A stretch of DNA of 44,596 nucleotides from Trichomonas gallinae (lineage: Eukaryota). A program made the translations under genes and the position numbers. Below, piece after piece: positions 20,172 through 31,354 of the stretch. The stretch lies in assembly GCA_008369845.1 (NCBI GenBank), contig MRSU01000866.1, positions 1 to 44,596 on the forward strand, read 5' to 3'. The notes under the pieces are model-generated. The model was not told where the DNA came from. It saw only the letters and a list, made by a program, of their open reading frames with translations, and searched no databases. Position 1 is the first letter of the stretch. Every line of letters begins with the position of its first letter.

Positions 20172-21788
20172 CTACTTCTTAAGATAGGAGAATGGTGATT
20201 TACCTGCAATATCTTTAACTTTGTAATCTGCTCCATGTGTCAATAGGAATTGCATTGCGTTAGGCTGCTGGTACATGCCTGCATAATGCAACGGCGTGGC
20301 AAGTTTGTGATCATATCCATTCATGTCTGCATCCCATTTCAATAATTCTTCGCAAACTTTAATTGCTCCGAAGCCAGCAGCAATGTGTAGTGCCTTTATT
20401 CCTTGTCCGAAGTTGAAGTTTGCGAAGTCTGGCCAACGCTCCAAAATTGATGCAACAGCTGTAACATCATCTTTTTCGATTCCTTTCATTAAGAGCTTTC
20501 TATCATCTTCGCGTTGGTGCATTATTTGGATTGGCGTGCGGCCATTAGCATCCTTTAGACTCCTTTCTGTGTTGAAATCGTATAACAAATCAATAAGTTC
20601 TGGAGTTGTACGGTAACCTGCATAATGGACTGCATAGTTGCCGAATTTGTCTTTAGCGGAGACATCAGCGCCTTTTTCTAAGAGATATCTCGAATATGCA
20701 ATTAGTCCTAATTTAACTGTGCAGTGTAATGGAGTCATATCATCATCATTAGTATCATAGACAGAGTCTGGATCTTCTTCAACGATCTTTTTAAGGGCCT
20801 CGAAGTCATGCATGTGAATTGCATCGAAAATTGTTTTAATTTTACATGGTTTTCTGCTTTCATTGGATGGATGAAGTACTGGGATTGGAACTGGTTTGAG
20901 TGGGATATCAAATCTAGCTGCTTCTTCTGGAATTCCTCTTTTCATTCTGATTTCTTTTTCTCTCTTCTCTTTTTCTTGTTCTTGCTTGATTTCTGCGCTT
21001 GTCTTTCCATATCCTGTAGAAGCAATCTTGTCTCTGATCTGATCGAGCTCTTTATCGATCTTGAATTCTAATTTTGTTTTGATTGCGTTATTGGAGGCTT
21101 CAAGTCTGTTCATTTGAATCTTGAACTCTTTCTCTGAGATTGGATTGTTGATTCTGTGTTCAATTTCATCTGTTCGCTCTTGAAGTTTTGTAATTAATTC
21201 GTTATAATCATTAATTCTTGCAATGTGTGCTTGATTTTGAATAATAAGTTCCTTGTTTGTAGCAGCATTAAGCTGTGCGATTGCATTTGAAAGGTTTTGA
21301 TAATCAGCTTTAATTTGTTCTGCTACTTGTTGAATTCCAGCAATTGACCTGTTGTAGTCATCCTGTAACATTGCCATTTGTCTAATGTGTTTGGATTTAA
21401 TAAGATCATATTCGGAATTTTTCTCACCTCCGGCATATTCACCAGGTAAAATGTATTTTTCTGGTACCCATGATGCTTCATCCTTAATCATATCAGCAAT
21501 AGCGCTGCCTGGAACAGTTTTTGGGAATTTATTTATCAGGCCAGCCAATTTATCATTTTTCTTGCGCCAAACATATGAGTAATTCTGTAAGATAAACACT
21601 GTTTCAACTTTAGTGAATGGTTCCTGAGTGTTACGTAGAATTTCGTCAAGTAAATTTGATGGTAAAGAATAAAAGTCCATGTATTTGATGAAATCATGAG
21701 ATAGATCTGTTATTGTCTGCATCACTCTTGAAATATCCTTGTTTTCCTTGTTTAAACTAATAAGTTTCTCAAGATGCCGCTGAAACAT
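20172..21788 (-). CDS. Coiled-coil plus ankyrin repeat protein
   Basis: 538 aa; central coiled coil; ankyrin repeats MTPLH, GADVSAKD, GRTP, ALHIAA, TPLHYA, GAD. Confidence 0.9.
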   Translation of the reverse strand: MFQRHLEKLISLNKENKDISRVMQTITDLSHDFIKYMDFYSLPSNLLDEILRNTQEPFTKVETVFILQNYSYVWRKKNDKLAGLINKFPKTVPGSAIADMIKDEASWVPEKYILPGEYAGGEKNSEYDLIKSKHIRQMAMLQDDYNRSIAGIQQVAEQIKADYQNLSNAIAQLNAATNKELIIQNQAHIARINDYNELITKLQERTDEIEHRINNPISEKEFKIQMNRLEASNNAIKTKLEFKIDKELDQIRDKIASTGYGKTSAEIKQEQEKEKREKEIRMKRGIPEEAARFDIPLKPVPIPVLHPSNESRKPCKIKTIFDAIHMHDFEALKKIVEEDPDSVYDTNDDDMTPLHCTVKLGLIAYSRYLLEKGADVSAKDKFGNYAVHYAGYRTTPELIDLLYDFNTERSLKDANGRTPIQIMHQREDDRKLLMKGIEKDDVTAVASILERWPDFANFNFGQGIKALHIAAGFGAIKVCEELLKWDADMNGYDHKLATPLHYAGMYQQPNAMQFLLTHGADYKVKDIAGKSPFSYLKK

Positions 21789-22303
21789 GAATTTTGTGCT
21801 TTTTTATTCTTTTTATTCGAAATATTCAAACCTTTTTTATTCGCTTTTTATCTTTGTATTAATGTATATAATATGTTTTACATTAATAATTTTCAGGAAA
21901 CTTCATTATTTACCGAGATATGATGCAAATAAATCTAATTTTATGATAATATTAAACTTTACTTTATATAGTAATAAAATATTCAATAATTATAAAAAAC
22001 ATATCATTATCTATTTCAAATAAACAAATTTAAGAGTTGTGAATATTATAATATAATTTCAATACTCAATAATATCATATATATTATCTGTAATAGTTGA
22101 ATTTTATTAATATTTCAATTCAAAATATATATTTGATTTTCGATATGGATTTGTTAATTAAAAAGCATTGAATTTTGCTAAATAAATGAATGCTGATTTC
22201 ATTGATGCTAATTATTATATAAAAATTGATTTGAATTCAAAAACTAAATGAAATGAGAGAAAAAGGTTGGTTGATTTAGTATATATAAACTGAAAAAAAA
22301 CTT

Positions 22304-23794
22304 TTACTTCCTTTCAAGAGAGACGACTGCTGCAATAGCATCAGTGGTAACACCACAGTTCTTTGTTTGGTCCTCCATCTGTATATAGACATAGCCCTCA
22401 TAGCCCCAGTATGTTGACCAGGAGTTCTTAACCTCCCAGGCGAGTTTGCCATCAACCTTCTTCCAGCCAGTGAGGAGAACGGCGTGGACGAGATCGCTTG
22501 GAGTACCAGTGCATGTCTCATCATCGATGACGCCACCTGTATAAAGGGACATCGGTTCAATAACATTAATAGCGATACCAAGTGGTCCGAACTTGTAAAG
22601 AGCTTCCATGACGGACTTTGTCTTTGGCTCAACCTTGTAGCAGTCCTCGACGTAGCCAAGGAACTCCTCCTGGTTGTTATCACAGTATTGGCCAGAAACA
22701 CCGATGTATGGATAGTTCTTTTCATAAGCAATCTTGATACCGTTCTCCTTCAGTCTTGTGAGGGCCTTGTCAACTTCACCACCCTGGCAACCGTTGAGAT
22801 CGTAATCAGAATCGAATGTGCAGTCAAGGATCTGGTTTGTGGAGACCTCAGCGAACTTGCCGTTCTTGATAGCGAACTGGGACTCGAGAACCTCAGCTGT
22901 GCTGAAAGCCCAGCATGAGCCGCAAGCAACCTGATCACGTGGCTTGCCCACAACATTTGGAACATCGCGCCATGAGAACTCTTCTGGGAGCTCTAATCCT
23001 GGTGTGCCCTTGTATGGCTTGCACATTGTTGTAGAGTTTGAAGTGAGAGAAAGGCGGGCCTTGCGAGCCTGGCGTAATTTCTTGATATGTGCAGCGAAAT
23101 CGGACTCAGAGAGGTGAGAGTAGCGGCCGTTGATTCCCTTTCCGCGAGCAATGTGGTGGGCATAATTCTTTTCAACATTCTTGTGGCTCTGCTTTCCTGG
23201 GAAGAAGAGCTTGTGATCTGTGCCTGGGTATGGATCTGGTGTCATATGGTCGCACTTGCCAGCTGGAATTGTCCAGTAGCTTGGGAGAACATCTGGAATG
23301 AATTCGTCGATTTCGAGAATGTAAACATCGTAGTGAGAATGGAACATAGAGATTGCCTTGATAACGTAAGCAACTGGATTTCCTTGCTTATCGATGTACA
23401 TATTATAAGTCTGTGTTTTGTCTCCTCCGACAACCTTTTGCCAGAGTGTGCATGTCTTTCCGTGGTATGTGTAGTCACCGTTGACGACTTTGAAGCCCTC
23501 TGGATCTGGGAGGAATTGAACAGGTTCAACTTCCCATTCTCCGTCTGTTGGCAAATCGTAGCATTGTGTGCCCTTACCATTACCGAGAATCTTGCGATAG
23601 AAACGCTCTTCTGGTCCGGAGACCCAAATTTGGAGCATTCCATTTTGCTGATTGAAATATTGACGGCCTGGAGCGTGAACTATTGTAATCGGATTTGAAA
23701 GATTTGTGTAAGGGACCTTCCACGTGCCCCTGATTGTGTATTTAGCTGGCCATGCCTTGAAGGACAAGGCCGAAGCAAGTAAACTAGCAAACAT
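22304..23794 (-). CDS. Papain-family (C1A) cysteine peptidase with 26/29-kDa-protease/CfaD-like N-terminal extension
   Basis: 496 aa; signal peptide; catalytic QVACGSCWAF, LVHAV and KNSWS; N-terminal YTIRGTWKVPY and SHYDVYIL motifs; GC-richer codon usage. Confidence 0.92.
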   Translation of the reverse strand: MFASLLASALSFKAWPAKYTIRGTWKVPYTNLSNPITIVHAPGRQYFNQQNGMLQIWVSGPEERFYRKILGNGKGTQCYDLPTDGEWEVEPVQFLPDPEGFKVVNGDYTYHGKTCTLWQKVVGGDKTQTYNMYIDKQGNPVAYVIKAISMFHSHYDVYILEIDEFIPDVLPSYWTIPAGKCDHMTPDPYPGTDHKLFFPGKQSHKNVEKNYAHHIARGKGINGRYSHLSESDFAAHIKKLRQARKARLSLTSNSTTMCKPYKGTPGLELPEEFSWRDVPNVVGKPRDQVACGSCWAFSTAEVLESQFAIKNGKFAEVSTNQILDCTFDSDYDLNGCQGGEVDKALTRLKENGIKIAYEKNYPYIGVSGQYCDNNQEEFLGYVEDCYKVEPKTKSVMEALYKFGPLGIAINVIEPMSLYTGGVIDDETCTGTPSDLVHAVLLTGWKKVDGKLAWEVKNSWSTYWGYEGYVYIQMEDQTKNCGVTTDAIAAVVSLERK

Positions 23795-23850
23795 TAGTAA
23801 TTCTTAATGGCCCCAAAACGTGACGGTTCCATTCAAAATTTAACTGAACC

Positions 23851-24044
23851 CTCAACCGATTGTCACTTTTATATGATATATATATATATTATTTTATTTT
23901 TATTACGTATATATACTGCTAATAACAGATATTTGGTTAAATCGGATTTTTCTTTGATATTTCGTATATTTCTCATATTTCAGAAATGTGACACTCAACC
24001 GATTGTCACTTTTCATCACATCAAAATAAATTAAAAAGTGACAA
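23851..24044. promoter_or_regulatory. Duplicated 20-bp composite element upstream of the protease gene
   Basis: CTCAACCGATTGTCACTTTT exact at 23851-23870 and 23994-24013; inverted AAAAGTGACAA at 24034-24044. Confidence 0.6.
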
Positions 24045-24331
24045 ATCAATAAAAAGGAGAATTATCCATATCTTAGTGACTGCAAAAGTTGCTTTTCCAT
24101 TCTTTGTGACTGCTATACATTGAGCACCGAGGTGATTATGCAATTTGCGCTAAAATTAGCAATGTGATAAACTTGAATCGAAATTATCACTTCATGCTGT
24201 ATCTTATGATTGGAATGGAGCTTTGCTTATTGGCATGCATAAATTTTAATATCTATGAGTGTTTCTGATTATATATGTGTCAAAAAAAATCTAAAAATAG
24301 ATAGTTTAGCATTAAGTCTATTACAAATCTG

Positions 24332-25606
24332 TTAAAAATCTAGGAAGCAATCTTGGCCTAGACTTCCGCGTTGACCTTTAAGATTCTCATAAAGAACATC
24401 ATCATCATCATCAACATCATCATCTTCTATTTTTCTGAATAACTCTCCAGCATATGCTGTTAAAACATCAGGACTATCTGATAAATAAGGTGACGTGCAT
24501 ATAGCATAATTACCTTTGATTAATTCAATATTTGTTGAAGGAATAAATCCTTCTTTCTCAGAATTTGCAATAAATGTCCAAGCTGCTTTATTGCAGTCAT
24601 AACAATAAAACTTTTCACCTTCAGCAGCCGTGATTTCGTTAGGAGAACTTTTTTCATGAGCTAATTTTACAACACAGAACGAAATCGGAACAGCTATGCC
24701 GATGCCAGGCTTTGGAACTTCAGTTGGCTCAACACGAGAGTCTTCAAATGAAAACCTGTGAGGAATAAATGTATTTGGATGCCATGAATATCTGCAAATT
24801 CCAGTTCTTTGGAAGAATTGTTGAATATCTTCATGCCAATCACCTTTATTGCCGGTGAATTTTTCAACAATTTGGAATGTGCGCACAATATTTTCTGAAA
24901 TAATCTTACAGTGGCTTTGGATAGTTGCTTTGTGGTTGGATACACGTCCTGCCTCGAGTAGTTTAAGTTTGTACATACAATCTGAAACAACTGCGAGATA
25001 TTTGCAATGTGCAATTTTCATTTTTTGGTATTGAAGGTTTCTAGCAGCGATTAACTTCTGGTATTCGAAGCATTTCTTTCTAAGCGACTCCTTGAGCTTG
25101 TCCGATTTCTTTACTCCGTATTTCGCATAAGCTTTTTCGAGGATGAATTCATAAGTTTTGATCTTGTCGATTGCGTCTTCGTATGCTTGAATAGCCTCTG
25201 ATCGTTGGAATGAGGCAACTTGGATGTTTTCTGCAAGCAAATGAACACTTTTCTCAAATTCGTGGTTTAAGATCTTTAATTTCGATATAACGCGTAATTC
25301 TAATGTACTTGATATTGATTGGTACTGGCTGAGAAGCGAATTGAGCAGTAAAAAGAAATTATTAAAATAGAAGAAATCTGTTCCTGGAAAACCTGGTGTA
25401 TCAAATGTATTCGGATTCTCGAGGATAGTATTAACCATTTTTTCGTTGATAACTTGAGAATTGATGAAATTCATGATAGCCGCAGAATAACTTTCGTAAA
25501 AGTTAATCGATCGCTGAATCCTCTCTGTAACCTTTGAAGATGTTTCGACAACATCATAAAAAGCTTTGTTGACTGCTTCAAATTCATCTTTTAAAACTCC
25601 ATCCAT
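24332..25606 (-). CDS. F-BAR-like coiled-coil protein with tandem SH3-like domains
   Basis: ATG 25606 after AAAGTGAC (track start is GTG). Helical N-terminal about 280 aa with LEAGRV; SH3-like PNEITAAEGE...W...EGFIPSTNI plus a second degenerate copy. Confidence 0.7.
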   Translation of the reverse strand: MDGVLKDEFEAVNKAFYDVVETSSKVTERIQRSINFYESYSAAIMNFINSQVINEKMVNTILENPNTFDTPGFPGTDFFYFNNFFLLLNSLLSQYQSISSTLELRVISKLKILNHEFEKSVHLLAENIQVASFQRSEAIQAYEDAIDKIKTYEFILEKAYAKYGVKKSDKLKESLRKKCFEYQKLIAARNLQYQKMKIAHCKYLAVVSDCMYKLKLLEAGRVSNHKATIQSHCKIISENIVRTFQIVEKFTGNKGDWHEDIQQFFQRTGICRYSWHPNTFIPHRFSFEDSRVEPTEVPKPGIGIAVPISFCVVKLAHEKSSPNEITAAEGEKFYCYDCNKAAWTFIANSEKEGFIPSTNIELIKGNYAICTSPYLSDSPDVLTAYAGELFRKIEDDDVDDDDDVLYENLKGQRGSLGQDCFLDF

Positions 25607-25719
25607 AATTTTATTTGTCACTTTTTACTTCACATTTTTGAAATTAAAAAAATTGACACTTTTCATCATACTCAAAAAAAATATATCTTATTTTCATGAA
25701 TAGACTCAATGGGTTAATG

Positions 25720-26106
25720 CTTAACATAGACTTAAGTGTTGCCATATATTCCAGAAACTGTGAGAACAAATTTAACAAATTTGACTTCATCATCATAACC
25801 ATGAAATGAAACATGAATCAAAGCTGTTATAATGCTTTATTCTTTTGTGTTTACAATATTAGTGGCCGCAAAAATAGAAGATCACTTTCTCTCCTTTTGT
25901 TATATGGGGCGTTTGATATGCGAACATAAAACTTTTCGAGCTTTTCCAAAGTATTTTAAGCTTATCATAACATCAGAAACAGGTGGACTTGTGTTTTTGT
26001 GAGCGCTATATTCCGTCAACTGTGAGAAGGAGAGCTCCATTCTATCATTGATTATTCAATCTCAAAGATTTCTAAAAAAATTTTCATAATTATCTAGGAA
26101 AATCAT
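25720..26106 (-). pseudogene. Possible decayed gene
   Basis: AAAAAGTGACA-ATG context at 26106, identical to the real gene at 7946, followed by a stop after 14 codons and short coding-like fragments. Confidence 0.3.
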
Positions 26107-26864
26107 TGTCACTTTTTCAATAATTTTCCATCAAATCATATTTTGATCATATAATAAGTGACCTTATTTGTTTATCATCATAAATTGCTGATAAATTTTT
26201 AATCTTCGATTTATTTGGAAAAATTTGAATTTTAAAATTACAAGGTTGATTAAAAATCACAATGTATATGATATTCTTATGATATGCAAATACTATTTTA
26301 ATTATGTATTTTTGTTTAATTTGAATTCTGAAAGATATGATATTATTCTCGACAGAATGTTTATCGATAAAGTAGATATTTTATATTAATAATGAGTTCT
26401 ACACATTGTATATAGTAAATTTATCTGCATTACTAAGCCTAAACTTTCGAAATGATATATATTTTAAAAAAATCAATATATAATATGAATATATAGAATA
26501 AATGCGAGATAAATAGATTTGTATTGCGATATGGATTAGTATTGCATGAGTTCTTCATTTAATTCCCTTATTTGTCATTATGAAATAAGACTAAGTCATA
26601 AATTCTCATTTGAAAATTGAAAGAGTGGAGCCTTGACTTGGAGTCAATTCCATCTGTCATATCATTTCCTGTCATCTATTGATTTTATTTTTGTCTGATT
26701 ATAGCAATATCTGACAGGAAAAATTAAATAGATAATTTTTTTCCAAAATCTGACATTTTTGTAAGCGGGTAGGTAATATTATTTTATCCACAAGCAGCCA
26801 ATCTGGTGTGGCATGTATAAAATGGAAGAGGATAAGCATATAAAAGAAAATATTTACAAAAAAG

Positions 26865-27938
26865 TTATTGATTAAATTCAGGATGATAACGAAGAATCTC
26901 TTTCCACATTGTTTCACGGATTTCCTCCATTGTGATGTTTTCACGATCAAACTCGAAGCCATCCAATGGGAACGCTGAAGGTTCATCGACTGGATCATGA
27001 TATTCATCTAAGAATGGATGCTCAAGAGCATCTAAGACAGTAATACGTTTTCTAGGATCCCATGTGAGCATCTTAGAGATTAAATCGATTTCTTCTTCTG
27101 GTGAATTCGTAAAGATATGATGCCAGTCAACAGCTTCTTGTGGTGGGAGGGATGCCATAAACTGTCTGGCCTTGATATTCGTAAGCTGCTCCAAATCTTG
27201 CTCTGTTGGTGATCCTAAAAAATCTTGAATCAGCTGAAGCTGGTGGAGAGTTCCGTTGCCCGGGAAAAGTGGTCTCCTGAGGATTATCTCCGCGAGGATA
27301 CAGCCTGTGCTCCATATGTCGATGGCAGGTCCGTATGTTCCATAATTAAGGAGAATCTCAGGTGCCCTGTACCATCTGGTCGTCACGTATTCTGAGAGTG
27401 GTTCTCCGCCCTCTTCCTGATCCAGCACTCTGGCCAGGCCAAAATCGGTAATTTTCAATTCGCTGTTAGAGTTTACGAGAATATTTGATGGCTTGAGATC
27501 ACGGTGAAGAATATTTGCAGAGTGAATATATTTAAGGCCTCTGAGTATCTGATAAGCGAAATACTTGCGATATTCGAGGCCCAATTCGACCGGCGAAACA
27601 AGAAGTTTATATAAATCTGTATCCATGATATCTGATGCAACAATAAGTGTTTTGAATTTATTGTAATCAGGGTATGTGACCACATCAGTAATATTAGTAA
27701 TATTTTCGTTATTTAAGGACGAAAGAATTCGAATTTCACGCAAAACTCTTTTAGCATCTGTTATTGTTGTAAAAATCCTCTGGAGCTGCTTTAAAGCGAC
27801 ATGTTTTCCTGTGACATTATCAACGGCGAGCAAGACGATGCCATACGATCCACGTCCGATTACTTCAAGTATTTTATAGCGACCACCTGCTTCTGCTTCA
27901 ATATCTTCTAGGCAGATCTTCAGATGTGGCAGATCCAT
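26865..27938 (-). CDS. Mitogen-activated protein kinase (ERK-like, CMGC) with S-E-Y activation motif
   Basis: [45 protein letters not shown] and CD domain HDPVDEP. Confidence 0.95.
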   Translation of the reverse strand: MDLPHLKICLEDIEAEAGGRYKILEVIGRGSYGIVLLAVDNVTGKHVALKQLQRIFTTITDAKRVLREIRILSSLNNENITNITDVVTYPDYNKFKTLIVASDIMDTDLYKLLVSPVELGLEYRKYFAYQILRGLKYIHSANILHRDLKPSNILVNSNSELKITDFGLARVLDQEEGGEPLSEYVTTRWYRAPEILLNYGTYGPAIDIWSTGCILAEIILRRPLFPGNGTLHQLQLIQDFLGSPTEQDLEQLTNIKARQFMASLPPQEAVDWHHIFTNSPEEEIDLISKMLTWDPRKRITVLDALEHPFLDEYHDPVDEPSAFPLDGFEFDRENITMEEIRETMWKEILRYHPEFNQ

Positions 27939-28026
27939 CGAGAAAAAAAAATAAGGACGATAAATTCCTAAATTTATAAAAAAAATTAGGACTTTGTAAT
28001 CATAGTATAGAACGGATACTTCCCAT

Positions 28027-28822
28027 TAACGATTATTACAATGACAAAAAGAAAATTGGAGTTCATTTCGACTGTCATAAAATGATTTATTCAGTACATC
28101 GATATTGAGCAAAAAGAACATTGCAGCTCCATCCGCGGGGTGTTTCTGCATGGAAGAACTGCGCCCATAACTCAAAATATTTGTATTTGTGCGTTATTAT
28201 GTCACAAAATCTTCAATTGACCACTCATTTATTCTCTGTCGCGGCGTGTTCCATGCTATAGCGGAATACTTCATTCGATGCTCTGAATTCCATTTTTTTC
28301 GGTAGCAATTTTTGTCAATACCTGAATATTTCAGAAAAGTTCTTAAAAAGTTGATATCATGATTTTGGTAATAAACCGCAGTAAGGAACTGTCTGTTTTC
28401 TCTGCGAAATGGCCCATACGGAGGAAAAATTTCAGAAAGTCATACAAAAGTAGAACCAGTCAGCATTCACAGTATTGGAGAAAGGAATATAGACTATAAT
28501 ATAATAGTTCCAATTATCAAAATGTATAGTTAGCATTTGATTAATCAAAGCACAAAATAACTCTTAAGAGTAAGATTCACAAATGCATTATTCGGGTTCT
28601 GTGTATCTAACATTTAGTATAGAGTTATTATATTTGTGAATACGAATAGATTCGTGAATAATAATCATTATTTAAAGATTTGTCACGTAATTTCCATACT
28701 GACAGAAAAATTGAATTATTTCGACAAGTAAAATCACAAATATTGACATGGATTTGAAGTGTTATATGATTCTCTATTTGATCTGTGCCATTAACACATA
28801 TGTATGAACAATCATGTGCCAA
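28027..28822 (-). pseudogene. Possible decayed gene
   Basis: 80 stop-free codons 28439-28200 (LSEIFPPYGPFRRENRQFLTAVYY...), then TAA TAA, then the same frame continues about 55 codons; 64-codon ORF upstream at 28628-28822. Confidence 0.35.
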
Positions 28823-28974
28823 TCATTATTATCAATGATTGTTACATACTCAAAACATTGAGTCAATCTAATTCCAAGACAAATTGGAATTTAGGCATCA
28901 AAAGATGCTCAAATGTGTATCATTTGGAACATAAAGTGCTATTCAAAACACTTTTGCATTGATGAAGAGCTTAA

Positions 28975-29403
28975 CTCTGCATCTGCAATAGCATGCATTG
29001 GAGACAATATGAAATCAAGAAGCTTTATAAATCTGAGGTCAGGAAAGGAAAGAAGAGATCGAAGTCAGATCTTGAATCAATCAACGCCGATGAATTACTA
29101 GATGAACTCACATGAGGCCGAAAACTTATCATTGGTGTTTATTATTCGGATAATGAGTGCTTAAATCCATTAAAACATATCGCAAAAGAAATGGATGGTC
29201 AATTAGTCATATATATATGATTATCTCTTTTCACAACCGATTCGAATGCTGATGAAGAAATTGATAAATATCCTCTTCAAATACTCATTATCAACAACAA
29301 AGATACGTTGTAACAGACTCAATGAAACAAAGGCACCAATGATCAAATCACACATCCCTTCTACCAGTCAAAGAAGGATGAAAAGAACCTAGAGCAAAGT
29401 TAA
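28975..29403 (+). pseudogene. Possible decayed gene
   Basis: About 140 codons in one frame reading as protein (SDLESINADELLDELT*GRKLIIGVYYSDNECLNPLKHIAKEMDGQLV...) with four internal stops (29113, 29218, 29311, 29323). Confidence 0.4.
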
Positions 29404-30805
29404 AATCAATTAAATTCTCTTAACACATATTCCATAGAAAAATTTATCAAATTATCTACAGTAATATAGTAATTTAATTTGAAAAATATTTCCGTTTATG
29501 TCTGAATAATACTATGATATTTGTGAAAAAGGCTAGAAAAATGAGGATTATAAAAAAAATTGGTGGTGTAGTTTCCAAAAAGTGACGTTTTCGAACTTTC
29601 GAGATTTGATGGAAAGACTCACAAATATGACACGATTTATCGATGGAGATTTACGCTAAATAGTCCGAAAAGGCCATAAGTAAGAATGTTTCGAGAACTA
29701 TGACAAAGTATGGATTGAAAAGTGGCAAGTGAATGACAAAATCGAAATTGAATAATGTAGAACGATTACTAAACAAAACTGACTTTATTGCTGATATCGG
29801 GATATAATACTTTTGCTGTCTGCGAGAATAGTTTTGATTAATTAGCAAAAATTGAATGATAAGGTGAAAATTTTTCATATCGTAAACACTTAGTCCCGAA
29901 ACTTGGTGGTTTGCCTCTAAGTGTTATTTAGAAGCTAATTACTTAATTTCCTCATAAAAGTATGGGGTCATATATTTCACATGGAAAAATGTTAAAAGAT
30001 TCGTGTCTGGTGATGAGACATTTAAGCATTATTGCCAATATAGATTCCATATCCGTCACCAATTTGAGGTTTTAAATTAACAGATCAACCAACAAATAAA
30101 AGTTGATCATATCGGACGGTTTAATTTGATAACGGGTGGTAGTATAGGACGCATAGTACGTATATCGCACGGAAAAAGCAGACGACTTTGACTGATCACT
30201 TTGTGTACTTTACTTTTTCAGAATTTAAAAGCACATTGAAAAGAAAATTTTTAGAAGTAATCTAACTAAAAATGCTCAGAGATATGTATATATCCCGTGT
30301 TATAGATCTATTGCTAGAAAAACTCTCAAAGTCCGCCCTATCGTCATCGTCGTAAGAATTTCTTATTAGTCGATTTGGAATAAAAAAAAAATGACACATA
30401 TAGGGACTCCTAATATGTTATCTGATACAATTCTGCAAGGTTGATTTTCAATATTGATTTGCTCACAAAAATATTTTTGATCTCATTTTAATATATAACT
30501 GTCAATGAGTGCTTTGATGAAAACGGTTCCTATATGAAAAAATCGAAATTGCATGAAACCGTCTAACCTTGTGTTGAAAGCTTTCTACATATGGTATTAA
30601 GTATAAATATGAAGAAATTGCGAAACTCAAAATTTTGATCATGTACTGGAAAGTTTGCTTGTTATGCAAAAATGAGTAGAATTAAATAAAATTAATTCGG
30701 TAAAACTTTTGTAAATCTCACAATCACGGATTTTTTCAGAGAAGTTGGTTTTGAAAACAAACTGAATTTAGTTTTTATTTCTCAATTCATTATTTTCATA
30801 AACCA

Positions 30806-31354
30806 ATGATCAACGCATCCGTCGCCCAGCCCATCAACAGACGCCGTGTCCCAAGGGTGTTCCTGAATGAAACCCAGAGAGCCACCATAAGGCAACTCTA
30901 CAATGAGTATGGTAGCAACTACACAAAGATTGCCGAAATCATGGGACTTGCCCCACGTAAAGTCCGTGAGCACATTTTGGCCAACATCAAGAATGTCTCA
31001 TCCAAAGAATTCACTTTAGAGGAAGACCAAATCTTATTGTATTGTGTTAACCAATACGGTCACAGATGGTCTGCTATCGCACAGTTAATTGGTACAAAGA
31101 GTGCAATGATGTGCAGAAACAGATTCAAATTCATTCAAAGCAGACAGAGAATGTCACCAACATATTGCGCACCTATCATAGAACCACCACAGCCAAAGTA
31201 CTCACCACCTCCAGTCCAGCCGGAGATGCCATCTAAGGTCCTTCTTCCTTCCCTTCCTTCCATCACAACCTTGGATTCTCATTTGGATTCTTTCATCGAT
31301 ACATCCAAAACGCAATCGTCTATTAGCTTTTTCCTTCGCTATCCAGAATATTAA
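30806..31354 (+). CDS. Myb-family transcription factor (one degenerate and one canonical repeat)
   Basis: FTLEEDQILL..V.QYGHRWSAIA..IGTKS..MCRNRF; Pro/Ser-rich C-terminus with LPSI. Confidence 0.9.
   Translation: MINASVAQPINRRRVPRVFLNETQRATIRQLYNEYGSNYTKIAEIMGLAPRKVREHILANIKNVSSKEFTLEEDQILLYCVNQYGHRWSAIAQLIGTKSAMMCRNRFKFIQSRQRMSPTYCAPIIEPPQPKYSPPPVQPEMPSKVLLPSLPSITTLDSHLDSFIDTSKTQSSISFFLRYPEY

Noticed and set aside
22276..23698. Several overlapping alternative-frame and antisense ORFs of 60-203 aa in the protease gene
   Set aside because: Expected by-product of GC-richer biased codons; no motifs. The same applies to shadow ORFs in 38735-40756 and other genes.
24397..24426. (CAT)n microsatellite
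   Set aside because: Simply encodes a poly-Asp loop in the SH3-like protein
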